From positions 1 through 48,702 of the forward strand of contig CAIJXG010000136.1 in assembly GCA_903824505.1 (NCBI GenBank): a stretch of DNA of 48,702 nt. The letters are read 5' to 3'. Numbering within the stretch: the stretch's first letter is position 1; every line of letters begins with the position of its first letter. The notes under the pieces were generated by a model. That model saw only the letters and a program-made list of their open reading frames with translations. It had not been told where the DNA came from and made no database searches. Position numbers and translations under genes: made by a program. The DNA comes from an uncultured Pseudomonadota bacterium (GTDB lineage: Bacteria; Pseudomonadota; Alphaproteobacteria; UBA9219). This document shows positions 18,333 through 27,982 of the stretch, one piece after another.

Positions 18333-18560
18333 TTAATCGTCCGCATTGAGGCTTTTGAAGAGATTTTCAACGGAACCCACGGTCACAAGCTCCTCTCATC
18401 TCGCCGCCATGATGGCGGTGACTGTTTCAGCGTTTGGAACAAGCGGTTCAAAGGGAAGCGCCTTTTCCGCCACAACTCTTTTCAGCATAAGACGCACGGC
18501 ATCGGACAAAGAAAGCCCCCCTCGCTCGTGTGTAAGGTTCCTATTGTTGAAAAGATCCAA
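18333..18560 (-). pseudogene. RelB/DinJ-family antitoxin remnant with an in-frame TGA
   Basis: The minus-strand translation ...GLSLSDAVRLMLKRVVAEKALPFEPLVPNAETVTAIMAAR*EELVTVGSVENLFKSLNADD resembles DinJ (GLTISDLVRITLTKVAREKALPF...DLFDKL). The N-terminal ~25 aa are missing, there is a stop at 18396-18398, and no toxin ORF lies downstream. Confidence 0.55.
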
Positions 18561-19812
18561 TCATTTTAGCAAGTGAGTTTCTCACAAGCTTTGACGATTC
18601 TGCTTGATCTTCAAGTTCTTGTCTCCGGCGGCGTTCTTGTTCAGCCCTGTTGCGATCCAAGGTGACATCACCAACAGCCAGTTGAGCTACAGATCCATTC
18701 CCTCCTGCATGATCCATTCTGGCCTGATAGGGGCTGCGACCATTTGTTTGACAATCATCTGATGCACCCTGATCTATCCTATTGGCATTTTTATCAGCTA
18801 CACACTGTGTTGCCTGCGCTTTATGCATATCTTGATAAATGGGGAGCGCCGTTGCCGTCGCTGGGATCTGAAGATGATCAACCAGTTCAGCAAAACAGGC
18901 TTCTGCAGCGGATTTGCCGTTGTTCATCATGGACTCAACATACCGGTCATAAATGCCGATTATGTCATCTGCCGTTGGGCCATTGGGGCTTATACGACGA
19001 GCAGGGGGCTTCGGGTGAGCTTGCATAAGGCAGTAGGCGTAAGCGGCATAGAAAGAGTGTTCGTCATCCCCACTGGGAGTTTTTAGACTCAAAAAAGGAT
19101 CCGTATTGTTTGGAGGCACGACAAAATTGTCAGGCATTTTGATTTGATCTGGAAGATCTAAGCCAGGGCTATCATCCCAATCTGTCCCTTGACCCGAAGG
19201 GCAGCCTGCTTTTTGATTCATATCGGCTTCGTCTGCATAGGTTGGCCCCGTGCCTCCACTTGGTACATTCTGCGAGGGGGTGCATTTAACAAAGCCTGCA
19301 CTAATTAACCATTTCAGCTTCGCAACTTTTTTATCAGGGGTGGAAATAGCCCCAATTGCATTTCGTGTCATAGCCCCAGCAAGAGTTTTATTCATTTTCT
19401 GCAAAACTCTGTGGGCATCCGACGACTGTTTGAAGGGACATAGGTTTTGTGTATCAGTATTCTCAACATAAGCAGTTCTGCCTGTGACGCGTTCTGCCGT
19501 AGTCTCCCCATTGGCGCCGGATGCATTCCCTACTGATTCCATAACTCCCTGAAATTCATTAGCGTAGGTGTCCATTCTTTGGTTGATCTGGGCAAGCTTT
19601 GTATCGATTGCCATTAGTTGAGGCCAAATGGTGAGTATTTCGAATAAGAGCAGGCCTGATGTTGCTGATTCAGTGACGGGATCAGATACTAAATTAGCTC
19701 TAGCCGATTCTATCGGTACAAGAAGGCCGCTTAAAAGAATAAAGAAAAAGATTTTAATCAGATAACGTGATCCAAACTTTTCTTTTTGACAAGAGGGAGC
19801 GCTTTTAATCAT
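18541..19812 (-). CDS. Secreted Cys-rich hypothetical protein (423 aa from the internal Met)
   Basis: The start at MIKS... is preceded by GAGGGA. A signal peptide (...LLVPIESARA) is present, the mature part has 7 Cys, and the C-terminus carries a charged coiled-coil-like tail. The region is AT-richer and no family is recognised. Confidence 0.7.
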   Translation of the reverse strand: MIKSAPSCQKEKFGSRYLIKIFFFILLSGLLVPIESARANLVSDPVTESATSGLLLFEILTIWPQLMAIDTKLAQINQRMDTYANEFQGVMESVGNASGANGETTAERVTGRTAYVENTDTQNLCPFKQSSDAHRVLQKMNKTLAGAMTRNAIGAISTPDKKVAKLKWLISAGFVKCTPSQNVPSGGTGPTYADEADMNQKAGCPSGQGTDWDDSPGLDLPDQIKMPDNFVVPPNNTDPFLSLKTPSGDDEHSFYAAYAYCLMQAHPKPPARRISPNGPTADDIIGIYDRYVESMMNNGKSAAEACFAELVDHLQIPATATALPIYQDMHKAQATQCVADKNANRIDQGASDDCQTNGRSPYQARMDHAGGNGSVAQLAVGDVTLDRNRAEQERRRRQELEDQAESSKLVRNSLAKMIGSFQQ

Positions 19813-19819
19813 TTTTCCC

Positions 19820-20464
19820 TCACTGCAGCTGAAATTGGGAATAGAGGAACGGCGTCGTCTGATACATGCGGGTGTAATTAGCAACATTGCCCAAGGTGAT
19901 TTTTGTATTGCCACTCCCTAGGCAAGGTAGATTGAAATTGGGCACTTGAAGATTAAAATTAAGGGGAGGTATAGGTAGGCAGATGCCAACATTTCGAATT
20001 TGGCTTACGATATTATTAACTTCTTGTAAAACAGCTTGGCACACTTGGTTGATCACTTGTAGGATAATCTTCATTATCTGTTTCTTGGCAAAATCCATGA
20101 CCACTTGTAAAAGCATGTTTGGATCGCTAAGATTTCCAAGCACATCAAACATGTCCATAAGAGGTTGGACCGCTTGAAGGACGTTTTTAACACAGTTGTT
20201 CACAGAAGGTATGATGTCGGCGGTTTGAGCGGCCGCCCACGGGCGGCTGGCTGTAAAAAGATTGCCGTAAAAGTTTTGTCTATTTGTCTGATATTGTTGA
20301 TTGATTGGTAGCTGCATATCATTATCCGGATTTGCCGTATCACATTCGCTGGCAATTTGATTAACATCACGCTGCTGTGCCGCCCACGCCTTTTGCGGGC
20401 CGAGGGAGAACAGGCCGAAAAAGAGAATCAGCGTAAAGGCTAAGAAATGGCCTTTTTTCAGCAT
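19820..20464 (-). CDS. Secreted Q/N-rich hypothetical protein (~214 aa)
   Basis: A canonical signal peptide MLKKGHFLAFTLILFFGLFSLGPQKAWA is present, along with 5 Cys and a helical central part. The stop lies 7 nt before the start of the downstream 423-aa gene, consistent with an operon. No family is recognised. Confidence 0.7.
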   Translation of the reverse strand: MLKKGHFLAFTLILFFGLFSLGPQKAWAAQQRDVNQIASECDTANPDNDMQLPINQQYQTNRQNFYGNLFTASRPWAAAQTADIIPSVNNCVKNVLQAVQPLMDMFDVLGNLSDPNMLLQVVMDFAKKQIMKIILQVINQVCQAVLQEVNNIVSQIRNVGICLPIPPLNFNLQVPNFNLPCLGSGNTKITLGNVANYTRMYQTTPFLYSQFQLQ

Positions 20465-20562
20465 AGAAACCCCCGAAAACCAAAGAGACAGGATCCTCAA
20501 AACCCCGCCGGACGATGGAAGGAGTATACTATCAAGTGCAGGATTAGGAAATAGTTAATTGT

Positions 20563-20572
20563 GGGGGGGGGG
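20563..20572. repeat. G10 homopolymer (poly-C on the coding strand of the secreted-protein operon)
   Basis: I counted this directly in the sequence. It lies about 34 nt upstream of a candidate -10 (TATACT, complement of 20523-20528) for the minus-strand operon. Confidence 0.9.
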
Positions 20573-20605
20573 CAGCAATTCTATCCCTACTTTTAGAATT
20601 GCTGC
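20572..20605. repeat. Perfect 12-bp-stem hairpin built from two inverted GCAGCAATTCTA modules (family A)
   Basis: GCAGCAATTCTA, a 10-nt loop and TAGAATTGCTGC sit immediately 3' of lgt and abut the G10 tract. Confidence 0.85.
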
Positions 20606-20616
20606 ACTCACGGTTG

Positions 20617-21417
20617 TTATGACAATTCCTTTTGTTTCGACTTCCTCCCCGCCCACGCGACAATCACCCCTCCGGCGATCATCATCGGCACGCAAAGGAC
20701 TTGCCCCATGGTGGCTCCCGCGAACAGGAATCCAAGCTGCGCGTCGGGCTCGCGGAAAAACTCAAGCGCGAATCGGAACAGCCCGTACAAAACCAGAAAC
20801 AGGCCGGACAGAAGGCCCGTGCGGGCGCGCATAGCGGGCGTGCGCACCAGTACCGCCATAAGCAGCAGAAGAATCAGGCCTTCCGCCACGGATTCATAGA
20901 TTTGGCTGGGATGGCGGGGCAGGGGGCCTCCGCGCGGGAAAATGATGCCCCAAGGAAGGCTCGTGACGCGGCCGTACAGCTCTCCATTCACGAAATTTGC
21001 GAGTCGTCCAAGTCCTAGCCCGATGGGAGTCACACAGGCCAAAAGATCCGTAAAGCCGAAAAACGAAATTTTATGCCGCCGCGTGAAAAGAAGTGCTGCG
21101 AGAATGACTCCGGCCATGCCGCCGTGAAAAGACATTCCGCCATGCCAGATTTCCAAAGCCTCGATCGGGTGGGCGGCATAGTTCGGCAGGTTATAGAAAA
21201 GAATATAGGCTAAGCGGCCGCCCAAAAGGACTCCCACAACGGCCCATGTCAGAAACGCGTCATAAAGCTCGGGCGATGGACCGGCCGGATTTGTGCGCGC
21301 CAGCCGCATGCATTCGAATCGGCCCAGCACAAAGCCTGCGACATAGGCCAGCGCGTACCAGCGGATTACCAAGGGGCCAAGAGAAAAGGCGATGGGGTCA
21401 ACAGAAGGGAAAATCAT
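20617..21417 (-). CDS. lgt: Prolipoprotein diacylglyceryl transferase
   Basis: IRWYALAYVAGF, GGRLAYILFYN, HGGMAG, LGRLANFVNGELYGR and PRHPSQIYE identify Lgt. Confidence 0.95.
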   Translation of the reverse strand: MIFPSVDPIAFSLGPLVIRWYALAYVAGFVLGRFECMRLARTNPAGPSPELYDAFLTWAVVGVLLGGRLAYILFYNLPNYAAHPIEALEIWHGGMSFHGGMAGVILAALLFTRRHKISFFGFTDLLACVTPIGLGLGRLANFVNGELYGRVTSLPWGIIFPRGGPLPRHPSQIYESVAEGLILLLLMAVLVRTPAMRARTGLLSGLFLVLYGLFRFALEFFREPDAQLGFLFAGATMGQVLCVPMMIAGGVIVAWAGRKSKQKELS

Positions 21418-21547
21418 GCCCTTTCTTTACCTTGCAACCCCTTCAAGGTAAACGAAAAACCGAAGAGGCTTCCTTGCGTCTGGTTTTTAGGCCGCAAGCT
21501 TGCTATACGAGACCTCCTTGGGGAAGCCTTGACCGGGTGAGATTTGT

Positions 21548-22330
21548 ATGAATTTTCGCGTCAATCGCCGTCGCCGCCTGTATGAAGGCAAGGCTAAGGT
21601 TCTGTTCGAAGGGCCGGAGCCCGGCACGCTGGTGCAGTATTTCAAAGACGATGCCACGGCGGATAAGGGCGCGCGCAAAGGCATTGTGACGGGCAAAGGG
21701 GTTTTGAATAACCGGATTTCCGAATATCTGATGGTCAAGCTGGGCGAGATCGGCGTGCCGACCCATTTCATGCGCCGCTTAAATATGCGCGAACAGCTGA
21801 TTCGCAAGGTCGAGATTATCCCCGTTGTTCTTGTTGTGCGGAACAGCGTGGCGGGCTCTTTGGCCACGCGTTTGGGCATGGAGGAGGGTACGGCGCTTCC
21901 CCGCTCCATCGTCGAGTTTTATTATAAAAAGAAGGAGCTGGACGATCCGATGGTCTCGGACGAGCATATCACGGCTTTCGGTTGGGCCAGCCCTTACGAA
22001 ATTGATGAAATGATGTCGCTTGCGTTGCGCGTGAACGACTATCTGTCGGGCTTGTTTTTGGGGATCGGGATCAAGTTGATTGATTTCAGGCTGGAATTCG
22101 GCCGCTTGTGGGATAATGACGAAATGTATATTGTTTTGGCCGACGAAATTAGTCCGGATAATTGCCGTTTATGGGATATTAAGACAAATGAAAAGATGGA
22201 TCGGGACCGTTTCCGGCTGGATCTTGGCAAGGTCGCTGAGGCCTATCAGGAAGTCGCCCGCCGTTTGGGTATTATGCCCGAAAATCTTCCCTCTGACGTA
22301 AGTGAGAAAACCTATGAAATTGCGCGTTGA
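21548..22330 (+). CDS. purC: Phosphoribosylaminoimidazole-succinocarboxamide synthase
   Basis: [19 protein letters not shown] and [13 protein letters not shown] identify PurC. Confidence 0.95.
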   Translation: MNFRVNRRRRLYEGKAKVLFEGPEPGTLVQYFKDDATADKGARKGIVTGKGVLNNRISEYLMVKLGEIGVPTHFMRRLNMREQLIRKVEIIPVVLVVRNSVAGSLATRLGMEEGTALPRSIVEFYYKKKELDDPMVSDEHITAFGWASPYEIDEMMSLALRVNDYLSGLFLGIGIKLIDFRLEFGRLWDNDEMYIVLADEISPDNCRLWDIKTNEKMDRDRFRLDLGKVAEAYQEVARRLGIMPENLPSDVSEKTYEIAR

Positions 22331-22556
22331 TGTCATGCTGAAAGACGGTGTTCTGGATCCTCAGGGCAAGGCTATTGGCCATGCGTTGGGGCATTTGGGC
22401 TTTGCCGATGTAGGCGAGGTGCGGATGGGCAAGGTGATCGAGCTGGAATTGGCCGAAACGGACGCGGTCAAAGCGGTCGAAACGGTGCGGCAGATGGCTG
22501 AAAAGCTTTTGGCCAATTTGGTTATCGAGGATTTTAAAGTTACCGTTGTGGGGTGA
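22314..22556 (+). CDS. purS: Phosphoribosylformylglycinamidine synthase subunit PurS
   Basis: [30 protein letters not shown] identifies PurS. The product is 80 aa and overlaps the purC 3' end. An alternative start exists at 22302. Confidence 0.9.
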   Translation: MKLRVDVMLKDGVLDPQGKAIGHALGHLGFADVGEVRMGKVIELELAETDAVKAVETVRQMAEKLLANLVIEDFKVTVVG

Positions 22557-22566
22557 TATAAGTATC

Positions 22567-22902
22567 ATGGCTTCTGTAAGTCGCGCTTCTTTTTGTGTTT
22601 CCTGTCTTAGGGCTTTGGTTCTACTGGGCAGCCTTTCGGCCTGCGCGCAGGGCGGAATTATCGCGGCGCTTGAGACGAACAGAGATTGCCCGCCGCCTGT
22701 GCAAGTTGAAGAAAAGGCTCTAGAGATTCAAAATCCGCAAATCGAGATCTGGATTCCCGGTTATTGGGCTCCGGGCCCGCTTGATTTTATTTGGGTTGCA
22801 GGCACAGTCGTGGCGCGTCCGGATCCCACCGCCGTTTGGGCCCCCGCGCGTTGGGATCACCATACCTATGGCTGGTCGTTCGTGCAGGGCTATTGGCAGT
22901 AA
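22567..22902 (+). CDS. YXWGXW-repeat-like putative lipoprotein
   Basis: A signal peptide with the lipobox LGSLSAC is present, with repeated W.PGYW / W..ARW / GYW motifs. Confidence 0.65.
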   Translation: MASVSRASFCVSCLRALVLLGSLSACAQGGIIAALETNRDCPPPVQVEEKALEIQNPQIEIWIPGYWAPGPLDFIWVAGTVVARPDPTAVWAPARWDHHTYGWSFVQGYWQ

Positions 22903-23324
22903 CGGGACTTGAGCGTTTTTTCTTCGCATGTTTTTGGAAAAAAAACGAAAACTTTTGGCCGTGCGCATTTTTTGTCAGAAGTTTCGGAATATCTTCTTGA
23001 CGTTCGGATGGGAACAGCATAAAAACCGCTTGCCTTTACGGAATCGGTCGTGAAGCTTAGCCTTCCAAGGGCGGTTTCAAACACGGCTCCGACAGTGCGA
23101 AAGCACGGTTGGGGATCTCGCAATGTCCTTGCAAAATTAAAGGGGCTGCGCGGGAACGATACGATAGCCTGTGGTGACGAAACGGCTGGCGCGTTTGCCA
23201 AGTGGTGTCATCCGGCGTTTGAAAGGGTCTCCACGCGGGGCGCGGCTCTTAAGCGCTTCGAGGTGGTTTTTTGTTTTTTGGTGGCGGCCCGTTGGGGGTG
23301 CCGCAGAGTTTAACAGAGGGTTCA

Positions 23325-23696
23325 ATGCCAACGATTGGTCAGTTGATTCGCAGTCCGCGCAAGGCGGTCAAAAAGCAGGACAAAGTTCCAGCTCTGCAGG
23401 AATGTCCGCAAAAGCGGGGAGTCTGCACGCGCGTTTATACGACAACGCCGAAAAAGCCGAACTCGGCTTTGCGGAAAGTCGCCCGCGTGCGTCTGACCAA
23501 CGGCCATGAAGTCATCAGCTATATTCCGGGCGAAGGCCACAATCTGCAAGAACATAGTGTCGTGATGATCCGCGGCGGCCGTGTCAAGGATTTGCCCGGT
23601 GTGCGCTATCACATCATTCGCGGCACGCTGGATACGCAAGGCGTGAAGGATCGCAAAAAGCGGCGCTCGTTGTATGGGGCAAAGAGGCCGAAATAA
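23325..23696 (+). CDS. rpsL: 30S ribosomal protein S12
   Basis: MPTIGQLIR...[25 protein letters not shown] identifies S12. Confidence 0.98.
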   Translation: MPTIGQLIRSPRKAVKKQDKVPALQECPQKRGVCTRVYTTTPKKPNSALRKVARVRLTNGHEVISYIPGEGHNLQEHSVVMIRGGRVKDLPGVRYHIIRGTLDTQGVKDRKKRRSLYGAKRPK

Positions 23697-23717
23697 CGCT
23701 TTTTAAGGGGAGGTATT

Positions 23718-24003
23718 ATGGAGAGTTCTTCTTATATTCGTGCTCTTAATGCAAACATTAAGAATATAGAAGAAAAGCTAGAATTAAATGGGGGGGGGCG
23801 AGGTAGCTTCTGTTTACTATGAAGTTACTTTGGAGAAATCTTTTGATGATTATTTTGCTTTAGTTGATATCTTTATCCGTGAGTATCCTCAGGATGCTCT
23901 TAAGTGGGGAGTGAGTGCTTTAGAAATTCTAGGGACTCTTCCTGAGTTGAGTGGGTTGCAACGTTATCTTAAGTCGAAGCTTGATGGGGTTAAGCCTATC
24001 TAG
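23718..24003 (+). CDS. Small AT-rich ORF inserted between rpsL and rpsG and split by a G9 tract
   Basis: A strong RBS AAGGGGAGG precedes the ATG at 23718. That frame ends at the TGA at 23820-23822. A second frame, 23788-24003, continues in +1. Removing one G from the G9 run (23790-23798) gives a continuous ~94-aa ORF. Confidence 0.5.
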
Positions 24004-24021
24004 AATTTTTTGGAGTCTACC

Positions 24022-24495
24022 ATGGCACGTCGTCGTCGCGCAGAAAAGCGTCAGGTTCTTCCGGATCCAAAGTTCGGGGAAGTCATTGTCACGAAGTTTC
24101 AGAACGTCTTGATGTATGACGGGAAGAAATCTGCGGCTGAGCATATCCTGTATGGGGCGCTCGAAAAGATTCAGCGTTTTGCCAAAGGCAGCAACGCCTT
24201 GGACACCTTTAAGGATGCGATTGAAAATGTCCGTCCGCATTTGGAAGTCCGCTCGCGCCGCGTCGGGGGTGCTACCTATCAGGTGCCCGTCGAAGTCCGG
24301 AAAGAGCGCGGTGTAGCCCTTGCCATGCGTTGGATCATTTCCGCCGCTCGCGGCCGCAGCGAACATACGATGATGGATCGTCTGGCCGCCGCGATTGGGG
24401 ATGCCGCCAAGAATGTTGGAACGGCGATCAAAAAGCGCGAAGACACGCACCGCATGGCGGAAGCGAATAAGGCTTTCTCGCATTTTAGGTGGTAA
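24022..24495 (+). CDS. rpsG: 30S ribosomal protein S7
   Basis: [18 protein letters not shown]...[15 protein letters not shown] identifies S7. Confidence 0.98.
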   Translation: MARRRRAEKRQVLPDPKFGEVIVTKFQNVLMYDGKKSAAEHILYGALEKIQRFAKGSNALDTFKDAIENVRPHLEVRSRRVGGATYQVPVEVRKERGVALAMRWIISAARGRSEHTMMDRLAAAIGDAAKNVGTAIKKREDTHRMAEANKAFSHFRW

Positions 24496-24511
24496 GAGAG
24501 TTTAGAGCAGT

Positions 24512-24537
24512 CGTCATCCGCGCTTTCGCGGGGATGG
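24512..24537. repeat. CGTCATCCGCG-CTTT-CGCGGGGATGG palindromic element in the rpsG-fusA spacer
   Basis: This imperfect GC-rich palindrome belongs to the same family as 36015-36045 and 7614-7667. Confidence 0.6.
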
Positions 24538-24587
24538 TGGTGTTTTTGTCTTTGCTTTCGTTTAAACGTCTCAAGAAGTGATCGCTT

Positions 24588-26687
24588 ATGTCTCGTCAAA
24601 CGCCTATCGAATTCTACCGTAACATCGGCATCATGGCCCACATTGATGCCGGTAAAACGACGACGACTGAACGCGTGCTGTATTACACAGGCGTGTCGCA
24701 CAAGATCGGCGAAGTCCATGATGGCAATGCCACGATGGATTGGATGGAGCAGGAACAAGAACGGGGCATCACGATTACCTCGGCGGCGACGACCTGTTAC
24801 TGGACGAACACCCAGACGAACGATAAGTACCGGATTAACATCATCGATACGCCCGGCCACGTGGATTTTACGATTGAGGTGGAGCGTTCCTTGCGCGTCC
24901 TCGACGGCGCGATCTGCTTGCTGGACGGCGTGTCGGGCGTGGAGCCGCAGACGGAAACCGTTTGGCGTCAGGCCGACAAATACCATGTGCCCCGCTTTGT
25001 TTTCGTCAACAAGCTGGATCGCACTGGCGCGAATTTTTTCCGCTGTGTCGAGATGGTCAAAGAACGTCTTGGCGCGAATGTGCTAGTGCTTCAATTGCCT
25101 ATCGGTGCCGAAGCTGATTTCAGGGGAATCATTGATCTCCGTCGCATGAAGGCGGTCGTATGGGAAAATGAAGCCCTTGGCGCGAAATATCATGACGAGG
25201 AAATCCCCGAAAACCTGAAGGCTCAGGCTTTGGAATACCGTCAAAAGCTGCTTGAAGCGGCTGTTGAAATGGATGATGCCGCGATGGAAGCCTATTTGGA
25301 GGGGAAAGAGCCTTCTTTAGAGGTTCTAGACGCCTGTATCCGCAAGGGCACCGTGGCAATGAAGTTTGTGCCAGTCCTGACGGGATCCGCTTTTAAGAAT
25401 AAGGGCGTGCAGCCTTTGCTCGATGCCGTGACTTCTTACCTGCCGTCGCCTTTGGATGTTGGGGCGGTCAAGGGGTTTAAGGTCGATCATGTGGATGAGC
25501 CGGATGAACGTGCGCCGTCCGATGACGCGCCTTTCTCAGGTCTCGCGTTCAAAGTGATGACCGATCCTTTTGTCGGCTCGCTGACCTTCTTCCGCATCTA
25601 TTCGGGCAAGCTGGAATCCGGCACCTATGTCCAAAACACAGTCAAGGGCGAGCGCGAACGAATCGGACGCATGCTGTTGATGCATGCGAATAACCGCGAA
25701 GAAATCAAGGAAGCCTATGCGGGCGATATCGTCGCGCTGGCTGCTTTGAAAGACACGACTACGGGCGACACGCTGTGTGATTCGGCCAAGCCCATCGTGT
25801 TGGAACGGATGGAATTCCCCGAGCCCGTCATCGAAATGGCCATTGAGCCGAAGAGCAAGGGCGATCAGGACAAAATGACAGGCGCGTTGTTGCGGCTGGC
25901 TCAGGAGGATCCTTCTTTCCGTTTGGCTTCGAATCCCGAAACGGGGCAAACCGTTATCAAGGGCATGGGCGAGCTTCATCTTGAAATCAAGGTGGATATC
26001 CTTCAGCGTACCTATAAGGTTGAAGTCAATGTTGGTGCACCTCAAGTCGCCTACCGCGAGACCATCACCAAGAAATACACGATTGACTACACGCACAAGA
26101 AACAGTCCGGCGGATCGGGTCAGTTTGCCCGCGTCATTGTCGAGCTGGAGCCTGTGCCTGCTGGGACGGGGTACTCGTTCGAAAGTAAAGTCGTTGGCGG
26201 TTCGGTGCCTAAGGAATACATTCCGGGCGTCGAAAAAGGTTTCAACGCGTCGAAAGATACGGGCGTGATTGCCGGATTCCCGACGATTGACTTCAAGGCG
26301 ACTCTGGTTGACGGCGCGTATCATGACGTGGACTCTTCGGCGCTCGCGTTTGAAATCGCAGCACGCGCCGCTTTCCGCGAAGGCATGCCGAAGGCGGGCC
26401 CCATCTTGCTCGAGCCGATCATGAAGGTTGAAGTCGTGACGCCGGAAGATTATATGGGCGATGTCATCGGCGATCTGAACAGCCGTCGGGGTCAAATCAG
26501 TGGCATGGATCAACGCGGCAATGCGCGAACGATCGATGCTCAAGTCCCCTTGGCGAATATGTTTGGTTATGTTAACAAGCTCCGCACCATGACTCAGGGC
26601 CGCGCGATGTACTCGATGGTCTTTGATCACTATGAACCGGTTCCTGCGGCGATTGCACAGGAAGTCAAACTGAAAATGGCGGGCTAA
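24588..26687 (+). CDS. fusA: Elongation factor G
   Basis: The G domain motifs [20 protein letters not shown] and NKLD are present over a full-length 699 aa. Confidence 0.98.
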   Translation: MSRQTPIEFYRNIGIMAHIDAGKTTTTERVLYYTGVSHKIGEVHDGNATMDWMEQEQERGITITSAATTCYWTNTQTNDKYRINIIDTPGHVDFTIEVERSLRVLDGAICLLDGVSGVEPQTETVWRQADKYHVPRFVFVNKLDRTGANFFRCVEMVKERLGANVLVLQLPIGAEADFRGIIDLRRMKAVVWENEALGAKYHDEEIPENLKAQALEYRQKLLEAAVEMDDAAMEAYLEGKEPSLEVLDACIRKGTVAMKFVPVLTGSAFKNKGVQPLLDAVTSYLPSPLDVGAVKGFKVDHVDEPDERAPSDDAPFSGLAFKVMTDPFVGSLTFFRIYSGKLESGTYVQNTVKGERERIGRMLLMHANNREEIKEAYAGDIVALAALKDTTTGDTLCDSAKPIVLERMEFPEPVIEMAIEPKSKGDQDKMTGALLRLAQEDPSFRLASNPETGQTVIKGMGELHLEIKVDILQRTYKVEVNVGAPQVAYRETITKKYTIDYTHKKQSGGSGQFARVIVELEPVPAGTGYSFESKVVGGSVPKEYIPGVEKGFNASKDTGVIAGFPTIDFKATLVDGAYHDVDSSALAFEIAARAAFREGMPKAGPILLEPIMKVEVVTPEDYMGDVIGDLNSRRGQISGMDQRGNARTIDAQVPLANMFGYVNKLRTMTQGRAMYSMVFDHYEPVPAAIAQEVKLKMAG

Positions 26688-26749
26688 CACACAAGTCTCA
26701 AGCTTTAAGTACCTTAACGCAACTCACCAAAGAACCAACGGAGCACCCC

Positions 26750-27937
26750 ATGGCAAAAGAAAAGTTCGACCGCAGTCTGCCTCACTTGAATATCGGCACG
26801 ATCGGTCACGTCGATCACGGCAAGACCTCTTTGACAGCGGCGATTACGAAGATCCGCGCCAAGAAGGGCGGTGCCGAATACAAGGCCTATGACCAGATTG
26901 ACGCGGCACCTGAAGAGCGGGCGCGCGGCATCACGATCTCGACCGCCCATGTTGAATACCGCACAGACAAGCGACACTATGCGCATGTGGACTGCCCTGG
27001 ACACGCGGACTACGTTAAGAACATGATCACGGGCGCGGCTCAGATGGATGGCGCGATCCTCGTTGTCTCCGCTGCCGACGGACCGATGCCGCAAACCCGC
27101 GAACATATCTTGCTTGCACGTCAGGTTGGTGTTCCGTCGATTGTTGTCTTCATGAACAAGATGGACATGGCCGATCCGGAACTGGCCGAGCTGGTCGAAA
27201 TGGAAATCCGTGACCTTTTGACTAAGTACAACTTCCCTGGCGATACCACCCCCATTATCCGTGGGTCGGCTCTGTGCGCTTTGGAAGACAAGAACCCTGA
27301 ACTCGGTGAAGACGCAATCAACAAGCTGATGGATGCGGTGGATGAATTTATCCCGCAGCCCATTCGCGCGCTGGATATGGCCTTCCTGATGCCGGTTGAA
27401 GACGTATTCTCGATCTCGGGTCGTGGTACGGTTGTCACGGGTCGCGTCGAACAAGGCGTGGTCAAGGTTGGCGAAGAAATCGAAATCATCGGTATTCGTC
27501 CGACGGTTAAGACGACGGTCACGGGCGTTGAAATGTTCCGGAAGCTTCTGGATCAGGGGGAGGCGGGCGATAATATCGGCGCATTGCTCCGTGGCACAAA
27601 GCGCGAGGATGTTGAGCGTGGACAAGTTTTGGCCAAGCCCGGCAGTATCACACCGCACACCAAGTTCAAGGCGGAATGCTACATCTTGACCAAGGACGAA
27701 GGGGGCCGTCATACGCCGTTCTTTACAAACTACCGTCCGCAATTCTACTTCCGCACAACGGACGTAACGGGTGAAGTTCATCTGCCAGAAGGCGTCGAAA
27801 TGGTCATGCCAGGCGATAACATCACCTGCGAAGTGCATTTGATCGCGCCGATCGCGATGAATCAAGGGCTGCGATTCGCGATCCGCGAAGGTGGCCGGAC
27901 CGTTGGTGCGGGTGTTGTGGCCTCGATTATCGAGTAA
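26750..27937 (+). CDS. tuf: Elongation factor Tu
   Basis: [18 protein letters not shown] and NKMD are present over 395 aa. Confidence 0.98.
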   Translation: MAKEKFDRSLPHLNIGTIGHVDHGKTSLTAAITKIRAKKGGAEYKAYDQIDAAPEERARGITISTAHVEYRTDKRHYAHVDCPGHADYVKNMITGAAQMDGAILVVSAADGPMPQTREHILLARQVGVPSIVVFMNKMDMADPELAELVEMEIRDLLTKYNFPGDTTPIIRGSALCALEDKNPELGEDAINKLMDAVDEFIPQPIRALDMAFLMPVEDVFSISGRGTVVTGRVEQGVVKVGEEIEIIGIRPTVKTTVTGVEMFRKLLDQGEAGDNIGALLRGTKREDVERGQVLAKPGSITPHTKFKAECYILTKDEGGRHTPFFTNYRPQFYFRTTDVTGEVHLPEGVEMVMPGDNITCEVHLIAPIAMNQGLRFAIREGGRTVGAGVVASIIE

Positions 27938-27947
27938 GCTTATGAAT

Positions 27948-27982
27948 CCCCTCGCAATAAAAAAGTTGCGAGGGGCTGTTTT
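27948..27982 (+). terminator. Rho-independent terminator after tuf
   Basis: A 10-bp stem CCCCTCGCAA/TTGCGAGGGG with an A-rich loop is followed by CTGTTTT. Confidence 0.8.

Noticed and set aside
18396-18398. The possibility that the in-frame TGA in the antitoxin remnant reflects UGA-to-Trp recoding.
   Set aside because: Conserved housekeeping genes in the window (plsX, rpsD, rplN) end at TGA at the expected positions, so standard code 11 applies.
18315-18576. Two plus-strand ORFs of 84 and 76 aa.
   Set aside because: They are opposite-strand shadows of the DinJ/RelB-like remnant and have no motifs of their own.
19813-19914. The longer 457-aa version of the secreted-protein ORF, which overlaps the upstream gene.
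   Set aside because: The internal Met at 19812 has a GAGGGA RBS, and a signal peptide follows it immediately. The extension overlaps the 3' end of the upstream gene in another frame.
22890-23201. A 103-aa minus-strand ORF in the region upstream of rpsL.
   Set aside because: It has no RBS or motifs and a low-complexity, Arg/Ser/Pro-rich translation. I treated the region as non-coding leader.
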